DNA of 64,000 nt from Nemertoderma westbladi (taxonomy: Eukaryota; Animalia; Xenacoelomorpha). Of this stretch, positions 1-12,700 are shown piece by piece. A model generated the notes under the pieces. It searched no databases. It saw only the letters and a list, made by a program, of their open reading frames with translations, and was not told the origin of the DNA. The number at the start of each line of letters is the position of its first letter. Position 1 is the stretch's first letter. The stretch lies in the NCBI GenBank assembly GCA_032718475.1, contig JAUCBJ010007860.1:70901-134900 (forward strand). Reading direction: 5' to 3'. Made by a program: the position numbers and the translations under genes.

Positions 1-2308
1 AACACAGATGGAACTATAAGAACAAAATGTAGCCACGGATGGAACTATAAGAACAAAATGTAGCCACGGATGGAACTATAGGAACAAAATGTAGATACGG
101 GCGGAACTATAATAACAGAATGTAGACACGGATGGAACTATAAGAACAAAATGTAAACACGGATGGAACTATAAGAACAAAATGTAGACACAGGTGGAAC
201 TATAAGAACAAAATGTAGCCACGGATGGAACTATAAGAACAAAATGTAGCCACGGGTGGAACTATAGGAACAAAATGTAGCCACGGATGGAACTATAAGA
301 ACAAAATGTAGCCACGGATGGAACTATAGGAACAAAATGTAGATACGGGCGGAACTATAAGGACAAAATGTAGACACGGGTGGAACTATAGGAACAAAAT
401 GTAGATACGGGCGGAACTATAATAACAGAATGTAGACACGGGTGGAACTATAAGAACAAAATGTAGCCACGGATGGAACTATAAGAACAAAATGTAGCAA
501 CGGATGGAACTATAGGAACAAAATGTAGATACGGGCGGAACTATAATAACAGAATGTAGATACGGATGGAACTATAAGAACAAAATGTAGACACGGGTGG
601 AACTATAAGAACAAAATGTAGCCACGGATGGAACTATAAGAACAAAATGTAGACACGGGTGGAACTATAAGAACAAAATGTAGCCACGGGTGGAACTATA
701 GGAACAAAATGTAGACACGGGTGGAACTATAAGAACAAAATGTAGACACGGGTGGAACTATAAGAACAAAATGTAGACACGGGTGGAACTATAAGAACAA
801 AATGTAGACACGGTTGGAACTATAAGAACAAAATGTAGCCACGGATGGAACTATAAGAACAAAATGCAGCCACGGGTGGAACTATAGGAACAAAATGTAG
901 ACACGGGTGGAACTATAAGAACAAAATGTAGATACGGGCGGAACTATAAGAACAAAATGTAGCCACGGGTGGAACTATAGGAACAAAATGTAGAGACAGG
1001 TGGAACTATAAGAACAAAATGTAGCCACGGGTGGAACTATAGGAACAAAATGTAGAGACAGGTGGAACTATAAGAACAAAATGTAGCCACGGGTGGAACT
1101 ATAGGAACAAAATGTAGCCACGGATGGAACTATAAGAACAAAATGTAGACACGGGTGGAACTATAAGAACAAAATGTAGCCACGGGTGGAACTATAGGAA
1201 CAAAATGTAGAGACAGGTGGAACTATAAGAACAAAATGTAGCCACGGATGGAACTATAAGAATAAAATGTAGCCACGGATGGAACTATAAGAACAAAATG
1301 TAGACACGGGTGGAACTATAAGAACAAAATGTAGACACGGGTGGAACTATAGGAACAAAATGTAGACACGGGTGGAACTATAAGAACAAAATGTAGCCAC
1401 GGATGGAACTATAAGAACAAAATGTAGACACGGGTGGAACTATAAGAACAAAATGTAGCCATGGGTGGAACTATAGGAACAAAATGTAGAGACAGGTGGA
1501 ACTATAAGAACAAAATGTAGCCACGTATGGAACTATAAGAACAAAATGTAGCCACGGATGGAACTATAAGAACAAAATGTAGACACGGGTGGAACTATAA
1601 GAACAAAATGTAGCCACGGATGGAACTATAAGAACAAAATGTAGACACGGTTGGAACTATAAGAACAAAATGTAGACACGGGTGGAACTATAGGAACAAA
1701 ATGTAGACACGGGTGGAACTATAAGAACAAAATGTAGCCACGGATGGAACTATAAGAACAAAATGTAGACACGGGTGGAACTATAAGAACAAAATGTAGA
1801 CACGGGTGGAACTATAGGAACAAAATGTAGACACGGGTGGAACTATAAGAACAAAATGTAGCCACGGATGGAACTATAAGAACAAAATGTAGACACGGGT
1901 GGAACTATAAGAACAAAATGTAGCCACGGGTGGAACTATAGGAACAAAATGTAGAGACAGGTGGAACTATAAGAACAAAATGTAGCCACGTATGGAACTA
2001 TAAGAACAAAATGTAGCCACGGATGGAACTATAAGAACAAAATGTAGACACGGGTGGAACTATAAGAACAAAATGTAGCCACGGGTGGAACTATAGGAAC
2101 AAAATGTAGACACGGGTGGAACTATAAGAACAAAATGTAGCCACGGATGGAACTATAAGAACAAAATGTAGACACGGTTGGAACTATAAGAACAAAATGT
2201 AGCCACGGATGGAACTATAAGAACAAAATGTAGACACGGGTGGAAATATAGGAACAAAATGTAGACACGGGTGGAACTATAGGAACAAAATGTAGATACG
2301 GGCGGAAC
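1..2308. repeat. 31-bp tandem satellite, ~74 copies, runs off the window start
   Basis: Unit GGAACTATA(A/G)GAACAAAATGTAG plus a variable 8-mer (ccacggat/acacgggt/atacgggc/agacaggt etc.); period 31 (starts at 10, 41, 72). Confidence 0.97.
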
Positions 2309-2454
2309 TCCAACCTTAAATGTATCCCTAATCTCCCACTTAGCTTCCCCAACGCACATTTGTAATAAAACTGAGTAATTCTGAAACAATTTGCTCCAAA
2401 TTATTGATTAATTTTATTCAAAATATAAAATAATATATTAATTTCAAAGAAAAT

Positions 2455-3873
2455 ATGGAATCTCAAGGAGATATTAACCTTTCTCCCGAAGTCTTTCAGG
2501 ACAACGTACACGGACTCATCGAGCTCCATCCACTCCTGATCCGCTTCATCGACACGCCACAGTTCCAACGACTTCGGGACATCAAGCAGCTCGGTGCTAG
2601 CTACTATGTCTTCCCAACAGCCTCACACAACCGATTCGAACATTCTCTCGGAGTCGCGCATCTCGCTAATATCGCACTCCTACAGTTACGTCAGGCACAG
2701 CCTGGACTTTCCATCTCCGACACTGACATACTCTGCGTCCAATTAGCCGGCCTCTGTCACGACCTAGGTCACGGCCCCTTCAGTCACACCTTCGAGGTGG
2801 TCGTATCAAAACTTGCCAAAGCGAACTTTCTACCGAAAGAGTTTGCAACATGGAGACACGAAGACTTCTCTTTGCTAATGTTCGACCATCTCATAGAATC
2901 CAATAACTTATCCACTGAATTAGTAAAGTATGGGATAGGAGAAAAGGATCTAATCTTTGTTAAAGACTGTATTCTGGGTGTCCCCAGTCCTGGTTCAGAC
3001 CGAATGAATGAAAAGTACTTCCTGTACCAGATAATCTCCAATAAAGCCACTGGAATAGATATGGATCGTTGCGATTACTTAGCTCGCAACTGCTTTCATT
3101 TAGGGATACAGAACAGTTTCGAGCATAATCGTTTGATAAAGTTTACTCTAGTAATAAGAAACAGCGCAAAACAGCAGGTCTTAGCTTATCGTGATAAAGA
3201 ATGGGACAACGTGAATGAGTTCTACAAAATGATTGTTAGGCTGCATCGACGATGCTGTCCCTGTCAACATCCTGTTATAAAGAGCATTGAGTATATGATC
3301 GCCGATATATTAATGTCCGCTAATCCGTATATAAAGTTACCCTCAGAAGGAGGTCAACCAATGATGACTATTGCACAGACTATGGCCAATAAAAATATGA
3401 CCATCTTTACTCATATAACAGATTCGATTTTGCGGCAAATTGAACTAAGTCAGGATTCTCTTTTGGTAAATTCAAAAAATCTAATAAAAGACATTCGAAG
3501 TAGAAAATTATATTATTTCGTCGGAAAACATCTGCTAAACCTCGAAGATGTCAAAAAAATATCGGATACAAAGAATAATGTTAAGCAATATTTGTGTGAC
3601 GTCACAGGAGTAGACGAAAGTTTCTTCCTCGTTGATATGTACAAAGTGGACTACGGCATAGATTCACCCTTAGAAAGACTGCTTATGTACAACAAGACAA
3701 ATGCAAACCTACTACAACCAATGAAATTTCTCAATTTCCTTGAAAAATCGTGGTCTAACATGTTTCCTACTAAAGATCTTGACACTTATATGAGAGTGTA
3801 TTTGGTTAAAGACTATAACAAAGGCTATGATGCCAAAAAGGCTTTTGATAATTGGAGTCAACAGCACTCGTAA
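2455..3873 (+). CDS. SAMHD1: SAMHD1-like HD-domain dNTP triphosphohydrolase, intronless, no SAM domain
   Basis: Motifs IDTPQFQRLRDIKQLG, SHNRFEHSLGV, LCHDLGHGPFSH, WRHE, IDMDRCDY and AYRDKE match the SAMHD1 HD domain. Confidence 0.9.
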   Translation: MESQGDINLSPEVFQDNVHGLIELHPLLIRFIDTPQFQRLRDIKQLGASYYVFPTASHNRFEHSLGVAHLANIALLQLRQAQPGLSISDTDILCVQLAGLCHDLGHGPFSHTFEVVVSKLAKANFLPKEFATWRHEDFSLLMFDHLIESNNLSTELVKYGIGEKDLIFVKDCILGVPSPGSDRMNEKYFLYQIISNKATGIDMDRCDYLARNCFHLGIQNSFEHNRLIKFTLVIRNSAKQQVLAYRDKEWDNVNEFYKMIVRLHRRCCPCQHPVIKSIEYMIADILMSANPYIKLPSEGGQPMMTIAQTMANKNMTIFTHITDSILRQIELSQDSLLVNSKNLIKDIRSRKLYYFVGKHLLNLEDVKKISDTKNNVKQYLCDVTGVDESFFLVDMYKVDYGIDSPLERLLMYNKTNANLLQPMKFLNFLEKSWSNMFPTKDLDTYMRVYLVKDYNKGYDAKKAFDNWSQQHS

Positions 3874-4094
3874 GACTTGTAAATTTTTTGGTATAATTGT
3901 TACATAATTATTTAATAATATTTGATTATTTTATAATAATAATTTTAATTGCAACATTATATATACTTAGTGCCGTTTCTATGCGGCGAGTTGTTATATA
4001 TCACAGTATATCTCTAGCAAGATATCAAACATTACGGATGATGTAGTTAGCCAAGTAATTTAGACTTTACATCCCCAGACGAGTTACTTTGAAA

Positions 4095-4118
4095 CATGAC
4101 CTACTATAGTAGGTCATG
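4095..4118. repeat. Perfect 24-bp palindrome CATGACCTACTATAGTAGGTCATG
   Basis: Directly visible self-complementary sequence. Confidence 0.85.
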
Positions 4119-6348
4119 ACTAAAACATTAAATTATTTACAGTTGTCATAGCAACCTAATCAAACAAATAAAATATTAGCCAACACCATCACTAACTAAT
4201 TTGAGAGATTCCATCAACAGTTTACACATAATTTTTAATTACACAAATTTTTCGTGCGGTTTGTTTACGCTAAGTATTTTAGAGTGTTATGACCCTCGTA
4301 TCTTCACTCACTACGTCCGTTCGTGTAACAAACCATTCGAATCAGCGCACAGTAGATTTACGCTTTATACCTAACAATTATTATATTTAATTTAATTTAA
4401 TATTTAATTTAATTATTATATATTAACAATTATTATATTTTTCACTGTATAAGTGTTCATGACAACTTTTAAGATAGTAATAATTATACATATCTACAGT
4501 AGCACAATATCTTTAAATTGTACCCAATCGCGTTGTGTGTAACCGTCTCATTAATTGATATATTATTTTTATTCGAAATGTAAATATTATGTAACTACGA
4601 AGGTAGACGTAGAAAAGGATGTACAAAATGTAATTACCATAGTAAAACGGCGGGCGGGTGGGATACCAAAATAGTAGTAGCGTCCACAGGACCCAACATG
4701 TAGGCAGGGTCCGTTGCCGATACTTCCGCTACAGGCCAACCACTAATTACTTTCATTTTACTGATTATCTGCATACTGTACCGGTTACCGGTCCGATACA
4801 ACAGTTGACCTACCTCACATGTCGTAGCTAAAATAATAAGCGTCAGACGTCAGTACCGGTATGTCAAAACAGCATTTTAACGTTATATATAATTTGTACC
4901 GGTACGAGTACTGTAGCTGTAGGCACAAGCGACGCTATCTGTTTCTGTATACTGTCGCTAGAATTAACACGCAACACGTACAGTAGGACCTAATTCAATT
5001 TAATGTTAAATTTAACATTAGCGGCGTTTGTTTGATAAAATAAATATTAAAATTTTTCAATAAAATTAGTCTCCAAGTCTAATCTGGCACCCAGTTCTCG
5101 ACTCTATCACAAGCCTTGAAGAAATAAAATAGTTAAATTATTGATGATCAACTTCTGGCAACCCTAAAGTAATAATGCTTCCAATTACCTCACGAAGTCA
5201 AGAATAGTCGCATTCGTACCCAAGTTATTAAGTGGGAGTTACTTCATCAAAACAACATTTGTATGTATAGTTTTATATTTTTTGCAAAAATATAATAAAT
5301 AGGCCTACTGTAGGATAGATAGCCTGCCAATTCAACATTGGCAGTAGTGATGAGTGCGACGAGGTTTGGCAGGTAATGGGATTTGGACTTGCGGGCACTT
5401 CATGAATTTGGACAATTTTTTTTCTACAACTTATAGTAGTATAACTAAAATTGGTTTACTTCCGCGCGATTGAAAGATATGAGAGTGAGAACCTCTAGCA
5501 GTTATGTAAGTTTTGTAAGTTTGTATCCACTTAAAAACCAAAGTAAAAAAGGTAAGATTTTATGATGTTAGAATTACAATTTTGGAATAATAATGAATTA
5601 TAATTAATGTATTTGTTTATGGATAGTCTAGGCAACTCACACTATGGTAACTAAATCAGCAAGCGCTATACAGTATAGTAGTAGCAATATAGTTAAGCAG
5701 ACTGCTAGCTATCATTATAATTAAGATTAGGGTTCAATGTTAGTGAACCAAACATCATTCGCAGATAATTTTATTGTTACAAAATTTTTGTATGTGTAAT
5801 TTATAAAAAAAATTGTTGGGCTAGAAACAATGAATTAGGGTTAACAAGGTGTCCTGAATCGAGTTGCGGTGTGTGTTGTTGTAAAAAAGTTGTTGGAACT
5901 GGTTGAAATTGCGGGATTGTAAGCGCAGGAAGCAAATTTTGAAAATCGACTGTGATTGGATGCTACATATTTGACATCAGTACAAAATGCTCTGATCTTT
6001 CTGATATTTTTCATCGTGGTTTCTATGGAGGGTGATTTTGGATCCATTCAATTACACATTAAATCTCAATCATTTCACACATAGCTAATATCAATTGAAA
6101 GTGGAGAGTCTTGCGCGTCTTTTGACACTACAATTAATTAAATTCATGATGGGGAATATTGATTCGAGAATCAGCAACCCAGAATACCTAAAAAGGTGAA
6201 AATTTTCTAGTATGGTATAAGTACAATAAATTAAATAGTTAATAATATGTTAAATAAATGAGGATGGCTGCAGGCCAAGTAGCAAGTAAATACAACTCTA
6301 TAATAATACCGTAATTAATTTGCTAAACATACAGTAGATGTACATAAA

Positions 6349-6773
6349 ATGAAACATATTATTATTGTGACATTTTTAATCAGAAACTACTTAGAGATTT
6401 CAGGATTAGATATAGCGATAGAAACCCATGGAGGGGATAGAGCAGCTAGAATGATAGCACAAAGCCATGGCTTGCAGTATGTTCGAAAGATTGGTACACT
6501 GCCGCACAAGTACTTGTTACGGACTAATAGTCAGGGCAGGAATATGTTTAAAAAAGAAGTTGATTATAAGGATTTGGGGGAAGACGACAGGGTCGTTTGG
6601 CATGAAGAACAAACTCATCATCAACGAATTAAACGAGGTTCATTGAAAGACATAAAGAGAGAATCTTTAGTAAATGTTAAAAATTATATTCAGGGTCATA
6701 TCAATGATGAGCCAGAAGGATCTCGAGACCATCCCTTAATTGAATTTAATGACCCATTCTACCCTTTGCAGTG
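6349..6773 (+). CDS. Proprotein convertase (subtilisin/kexin, furin/PC-like), coding exon 1: prodomain
   Basis: Prodomain ending in RIKR, then FNDPFYPLQW; donor GTGAGT at 6774 (phase 2). Start codon uncertain; an upstream exon is possible. Confidence 0.8.
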
Positions 6774-7712
6774 GTGAGTCAGGATTTTTTCTACCCTTTG
6801 CAATGGTGAGTAATGAATCTTTTTTACGTTTTGCAGTGATGAGTCATGACCGTGGATTTGTAACTGTATGTGTAGATTACTTTATTGTGTCCATTTATTC
6901 CATTTCAGTTACCGGTGGTTTTCGTACATCGTCTTCACTGTAGATGAGGTCTGTTTATTGGTTATACATTATCCTCAATGTAGTTGAGATGATATGTCCA
7001 TTAGATTAAACAATATACGAATCTGAACCATCAATCTTTATTTCTCACCGTGTCCACCCCTGACACAGGACTGGTGGATCGACAGACACCACGGTGATGC
7101 ATCACACTTTAATTGGACTGAGATGCGTTCCAACATCGGTGACGTCGGTACTTAAATATATGTTTGGGGGGGGGGGGGGGGGCTCCAGTTTTCACAACGA
7201 ATTCTGCGGGGGGTTGTCATGATTGGTAACATAACAACAAAAATCCGTCCGTTAAAAGACCACAATGATTGCACACCACCAAAGGGAGCCAATACACGTC
7301 CCATTAGGCTCTCCAGTATGGATATCCCTCTTTTTTTTAAGGACCCAGCGATGAAGTAACTGGAATTGACATAAATGTTGGGATTGATTGTTGAAGTTAG
7401 CAGCTACTGTATCTCTTTAAAGGGTAGAACATGCATACATAGTCAACCGCGTATGAAGTATATTATTCGGGCACATTATTTTGACAGAAAGAATCGTTAT
7501 ATTATTATGATGTTACAATAGAAAAAATTATAACATACCTTCTGAAAATTTATTTACAGTGTACTCACAATCGCGACTTTTCTTGCTCCAACTCACTAGT
7601 GTCACTATGTCCGCCTAGAAAAACAAAGCTCTGATCATTACAATGTAAATAGTTACTTTAAAACAACTGTAAGCTTACATACAAAATATAATCCACCATT
7701 ATTTAATTAAAG

Positions 7713-7942
7713 GTACTTAGATAACTACGGGCAAGACCCACTAATACCTCGTGGAATCGATATGAATGTTGGTGAGGCTTGGAAAGCCGGAGTGTCTGGC
7801 CAAAATATTGTAGTTACGATAGTTGATGATGGCATAGATTATACCCACCCCGATCTCAAAGCAAATTATGACCAATATGCTTCCACTGATCTTAACACTG
7901 AGAAAGATGAGTCCAGAGATCCTCGGCCACGTGTAAATTCAG
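7713..7942 (+). CDS. Proprotein convertase exon 2 (catalytic Asp)
   Basis: AG at 7711-12 restores QW-YL; VTIVDDGIDYTHPDL; donor GTTGGT at 7943 (phase 1). Confidence 0.92.
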
Positions 7943-8259
7943 GTTGGTGTTTGAATGTTGTAAAACAACCACAATGTGGGGGGGGGGGGGGGGGGGTTTG
8001 CCACTGAATATGATTATATAGGAAGGAGCCTTGGTCGTATGGGGGCTACAGTAGGTTGGGGGCGGAGCCATTTATGCAGTAATGGAGACAATGTGTGTTC
8101 AATTAAGGTTAAAATTATAATTTTTGTTAGTGTAATCTGAGAAATAAATTCTCAGGGAGTATAAACTATTATCATTGTGTGAAAAGTAGCACTTTTTTCG
8201 CGTCATGATCGCAGTGTACTATGTACCGAGCTAAAGCAACGATCGATGTTTACATAAGT

Positions 8260-8906
8260 AACTAAAACTACTACTACCACTACTAGGTCGAGCGAACTCG
8301 GACTGTGGAAATGAGTTCCATGGCTGTCGTAACTTAGTTTCTGTCAAATCCAGCAGTATCCCTTTCAAGTTGGTCTCTATGTATGTCATAGCCGGTGGTT
8401 CACGGGAACGCCTACTTGTGCTGGCGGCCAGAAAAGTAGATCAGGTATGACTTCGTCTGAATGAATAATAGTCTGCGTTGACGTAAAGTAGTTGATTCGG
8501 GTGATATTGAACCATAAAGCTCGGGGTTTCTCTTGTTTTGTCTCCGGATAATGTTTAGTGCTGCCTTTAGTACTCTTGTGTAGCGGAGTACAAACAGCTA
8601 GAATTGAGAAGAAATCTGTTTCACCCTCTGGGAGTACCTGAGCCTCTGTGTCAAAATATAACAATCCAATACCAGCGACAATTACTTCTGGTATTCCATA
8701 AGCTCTTAGGATTTCCAGTATTTTACCTCTACGGATGGAGTCAAAGGCTTTCTTGAAGTCGCAAGAAGATCAGAACTGCAGGAAGGTTTTTGACTTAATA
8801 TATTCAACCAGCCTCCGTAGCGCTAGTATCTGAGCTATTATTGATCTATTTGGTTGAAATCTATTTTGGCTTTTAAGCAAGAGTTTCTCTATTTGAGGTC
8901 GAATTC
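8260..8906 (-). mobile_element. Old RTE-like LINE, RT/3' fragment with (TAG)n-like tail; continues at 20305-20370 and 25095-26030
   Basis: Minus strand reads RIRPQIEKLL..QILALRRLVE..DFKKAFDSIRRGK across the LTR insertion; tactac tail at ~8265-8285. Confidence 0.75.
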
Positions 8907-9447
8907 TGTGACCGTAGCCCAGCCATCCCGGCCATAAGAACCATTATATGGGTAGGGGCTTCAATTTCCAATATTCCCTCATCTCTCTTTCCCCATTTAA
9001 CTACCCACAATACCAATAGTTCTACCATTTCGGCCGCTTCACATATTACAGCATTGCCACCGGCCCTTACAGTAGGTGTAGCGTAGCCATGGTATTACTG
9101 TGTCATGATTGGGTGCTATTTATAGGTGTATATCATACCGCGCTCTGTGAGTGGCTGTTGTCTCCCATTCGCTAACGGTTCTACCGCCAAAACCTATAAG
9201 GCAGGGCGTTTCTCAACCTCTGCATTATTCCTTCTGCAGTGTACCTGACAGCGTGCCATTGCTTCTACCGGAGTTTCTGCCTTTTCAGACATTCAACATC
9301 AGTCACTCACAGACCGGCCCATAAAACTCACTTATGCATAACAACATCATTCTAAGATCTATTCAACTTTATTATCATGGGTTCGGGAAGGGCGGGAGCT
9401 ATGCGTTATTAGCGGCTCACAGGTTCATCAGCCAGCAGTGGGGAATA
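8907..9447 (+). repeat. 5' LTR of element 1 (TGTGACC...GGGGAATA)
   Basis: About 3 differences from 19764-20304 seen by eye. Confidence 0.95.
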
Positions 9448-9761
9448 AAAGTAGAAGCATTGTCCGGATAGGGCTGCTAAAAACTGCTTCTTCAACATCT
9501 CTAGGCACCCAGCTAGGTAAAAGTAAAAGGAGCAATCAACGACAGAACTATAAGTGCGTACCGGTCCGGTCACCGGTACTTACGGTAAAAAAAACGTTGT
9601 CGTTGTAGTAGGGTAGGCCTACAAACTGTTGCCTAGCCCTACGGCAGTACGCGGTCAGCAATTACAACAGCTTACAGCCAGCATGCCGGTCACCGGTGCG
9701 GTACCCTGCCCAACGCCTCCGCGCTAAGTACCTACGCTAGCTACGCTGTCCCGCAGCGATA

Positions 9762-12700
9762 ATGAGTACCGGTATCCCAGGAGAAACCCGGCGGGGCACA
9801 GCCAGTACGGTAGGCCCCGAACATTCATCCCACTTAGACGGGACTCCAACCGGCTCAGCAGACAGCCAGTTCGAGGGATGGTCAGACTCATCCCACGCGG
9901 ATCAACCCGGCTCCCAGGGGGCCATTGGAGGAGACCCGCAACCCGAGGTATGTTCTGACTCGGCGGTTTTACCGGAGTCAGTCAATGTACCTGATACCAA
10001 CCAAACATCCACGGTTCCAGGGCGCGTCGGTTCAGCGGTGAACTCGCGCACTGGACCGGTACTGCCAACTACAACAGGGCAACACCCAGTTCGGCCGAGG
10101 ACACCGAGCCCTGATGGGGGGAGCCCGCAGCATTCCGATTCAGACGACAGACGTGCTCCTGCGGGTGCCACCGCGGGGGCAGCGACGGTCGAGGACGCGG
10201 TCGTTCGATTGCAGCCGCGGGGAGCACGGAGCGATACACGAACTGGATCACCCGTTAAACCCGCCCGCGCCCGACGCCTAACGCGATCTACTATCGAGAA
10301 GGGGACCCTTCCTTCTAGGGATACAGGTGAGGTCGAGAAACTGGCGCAGAAATACAGACGCGCTAGGGACCGTATGGAGGATGGGGTCAAGACGGGTACG
10401 TTAAACTTCAACATTGACGAGGCCGTCGAGCAGGTAAACTTGTACATAGAGCACCTCAATAAATATCAGCAGGAGGTGGCAAGTGACCAAATAACGGACC
10501 ATATAACCAACTTTCTTACTGTACTGTATATTACGCATAAACTGGTAGGTATATACAGGGTTGGTAAGGTTGTAGTAGGTGAAGCCGCGACAGCTGTCGC
10601 CAAAAATTGGGATAGTGTACCACTGGGGGGAGAGATGAGGGAGGCGGAAGCAGAGCTCCTACCCAGTGATTCAGTTTCCCAGGTTGAGTCCAATCGGGGG
10701 ACTTTTATTTCGAGCCAAGTTCGCTCAAACTACATGTCGGTAGCTTCATCTAGGGGGGTAAGGGAGGAAGAACTACATGCCCAGTTCCTTATAGAACAAC
10801 GGGAACTGGAGGGTGAACTCCTAGAACAGGAGTTAGAGAAGGCTAGAAGGGTTAGGGCCCACAGGTTAGCGAAAAATAGGAAACAACAATTAGAGGCCCG
10901 ACAGCAAAAACGGTTAGTTAGTCTACGAGCAGCCTCTGAGAATGGTAGTTCAGTGTCCCGCCCTACCCAGGTTAGTCAAAGTGTCTCAGTGCCGTGCGGT
11001 CTGGCGCAGGTTGCCACAGCCCGCAAGCAAACAAATAATCGGGTTGAATTAAATAAACCCATAGAATTTAATAATTTAAATCTATTAAATAAACAAACCC
11101 AACTGGTTGACATAGACCAGACAGCAGGCCGTCGGCCGACATACCTTGTACAGCAGCAAGCCGTTCAGACATCGGCCAGGTTACCCGCAACACAGGGGTT
11201 AGTACAGGGAGTCTCTGAAGGAGACAGTATAAGGCTGATGAGCCGAGATACTGATAATTGTATTAATTTAAATGGAAATTTAAATAACAATTTAACACCA
11301 AATATTGATTTATTGCAATATAATGCAAATTCTAATAAAAACGCAAATATAATTGCACCAATAATAATACAAAGTAATGTGGAGGCACCAGTCCTGTCTA
11401 ATAACATAGACAGTGACTCACACCAACCCACACATAACACAGACGACATTGCAGTGCCGCCAAGCGGCAGTAGGTTGTACTGTGGTAATCAAATCGCTTC
11501 ACGCGAAGAGTCGGATCGGGAGGAGCGATTGCGAGACTCGGGAGATCGCACGTCGGTTCGAGTCAGTAGCAAAGTGGAGGAAGTCTACTACGAAGGATGT
11601 CCGGGGGCAAGAACTGGCCAACTTACGCAATCTGGCGAGTCTGAGCGGGCGACGAGGGCTCAGGAGGATCGATCTTCGGATGAACTCGTCGATCCGTTAT
11701 GTAGGCTAGGCCAGCCAGCTACTGTAGGCTATCAGTCAGTAGACCAGCAAGAACAAGCTACAGTAGTGCCGGACATAGATAAACAAACAACCCTAAACCC
11801 CAATGCGAGTGATTATAGACCGCCGAGAGTTCCAGAAGGGGGTCGACTTAATTTATCGGACGTTCGACATGCAGACTCCACTGCGAATGTACCGGTACCG
11901 CGAGTACCCCTATGGAGGCCTAGGGATGATAATGTGTATTACAATAGTAATATAAGAGAATATTTACCAGTAACAGCAAGCCCTTCATACAACCCAACTT
12001 CATCAGGGACATACACCCAAAGGGGGTCTAATGAAACTATTCATAGCCCCGTAGGTCTACATTATGATACTTTACCTAGGCTATCTTACCCCAGTAGGGA
12101 AACTGATAAACCTGCATATAATAATGTTGGGGGGGGGGGGGGGTAAGGACATGGCAAGGGGCCCAGGGGGCCTAGGAATGTATAGACCAAATATTGGTGA
12201 AGGGTCTTCCCATAGGGATGGTGTCACATCAGGACCTGCCAGTGGCTCTATTGGACAGACTACTTCACCACCAACAATACCAGAACATGTCAGCAGCACA
12301 GACCCTACAGGGGGAATGAGTGCAGTGGTGGATGCACTCAGGGTGCGTTTAGAATTGCCTCCCATCAAACCCTTTACATTTGATGGGACAAAGCCTGAAG
12401 AGTATGTACAATTCAGGAGCATGTTCAACGAGGAAGTCATGTCTAGGGGTCTAACTACAACTCGATGTCTAACTCATCTTCAGTCCTATGTAGAGGGAGA
12501 AGCTAGCGACATTGTTAGGCCATTTCTGGGCATGGAAGGAGGCTTCGCAGAGGCGTGGGCAGCCCTAGATAGTGAATATGGGCATCCTGCACGTATTATT
12601 CGAAACACCATACGTACCTTAACTGCAAATACATCCTTGCAAAAGCCTAAAGAATTAAAGGCCTTTGCTGCAAAGGTCAAAAAGGCTCTTATTGTGCTGC

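Noticed and set aside
1-2308. CRISPR-like constant/variable alternation
   Set aside because: Variable parts are 8 bp and recur; no unique spacers or cas genes; eukaryotic context
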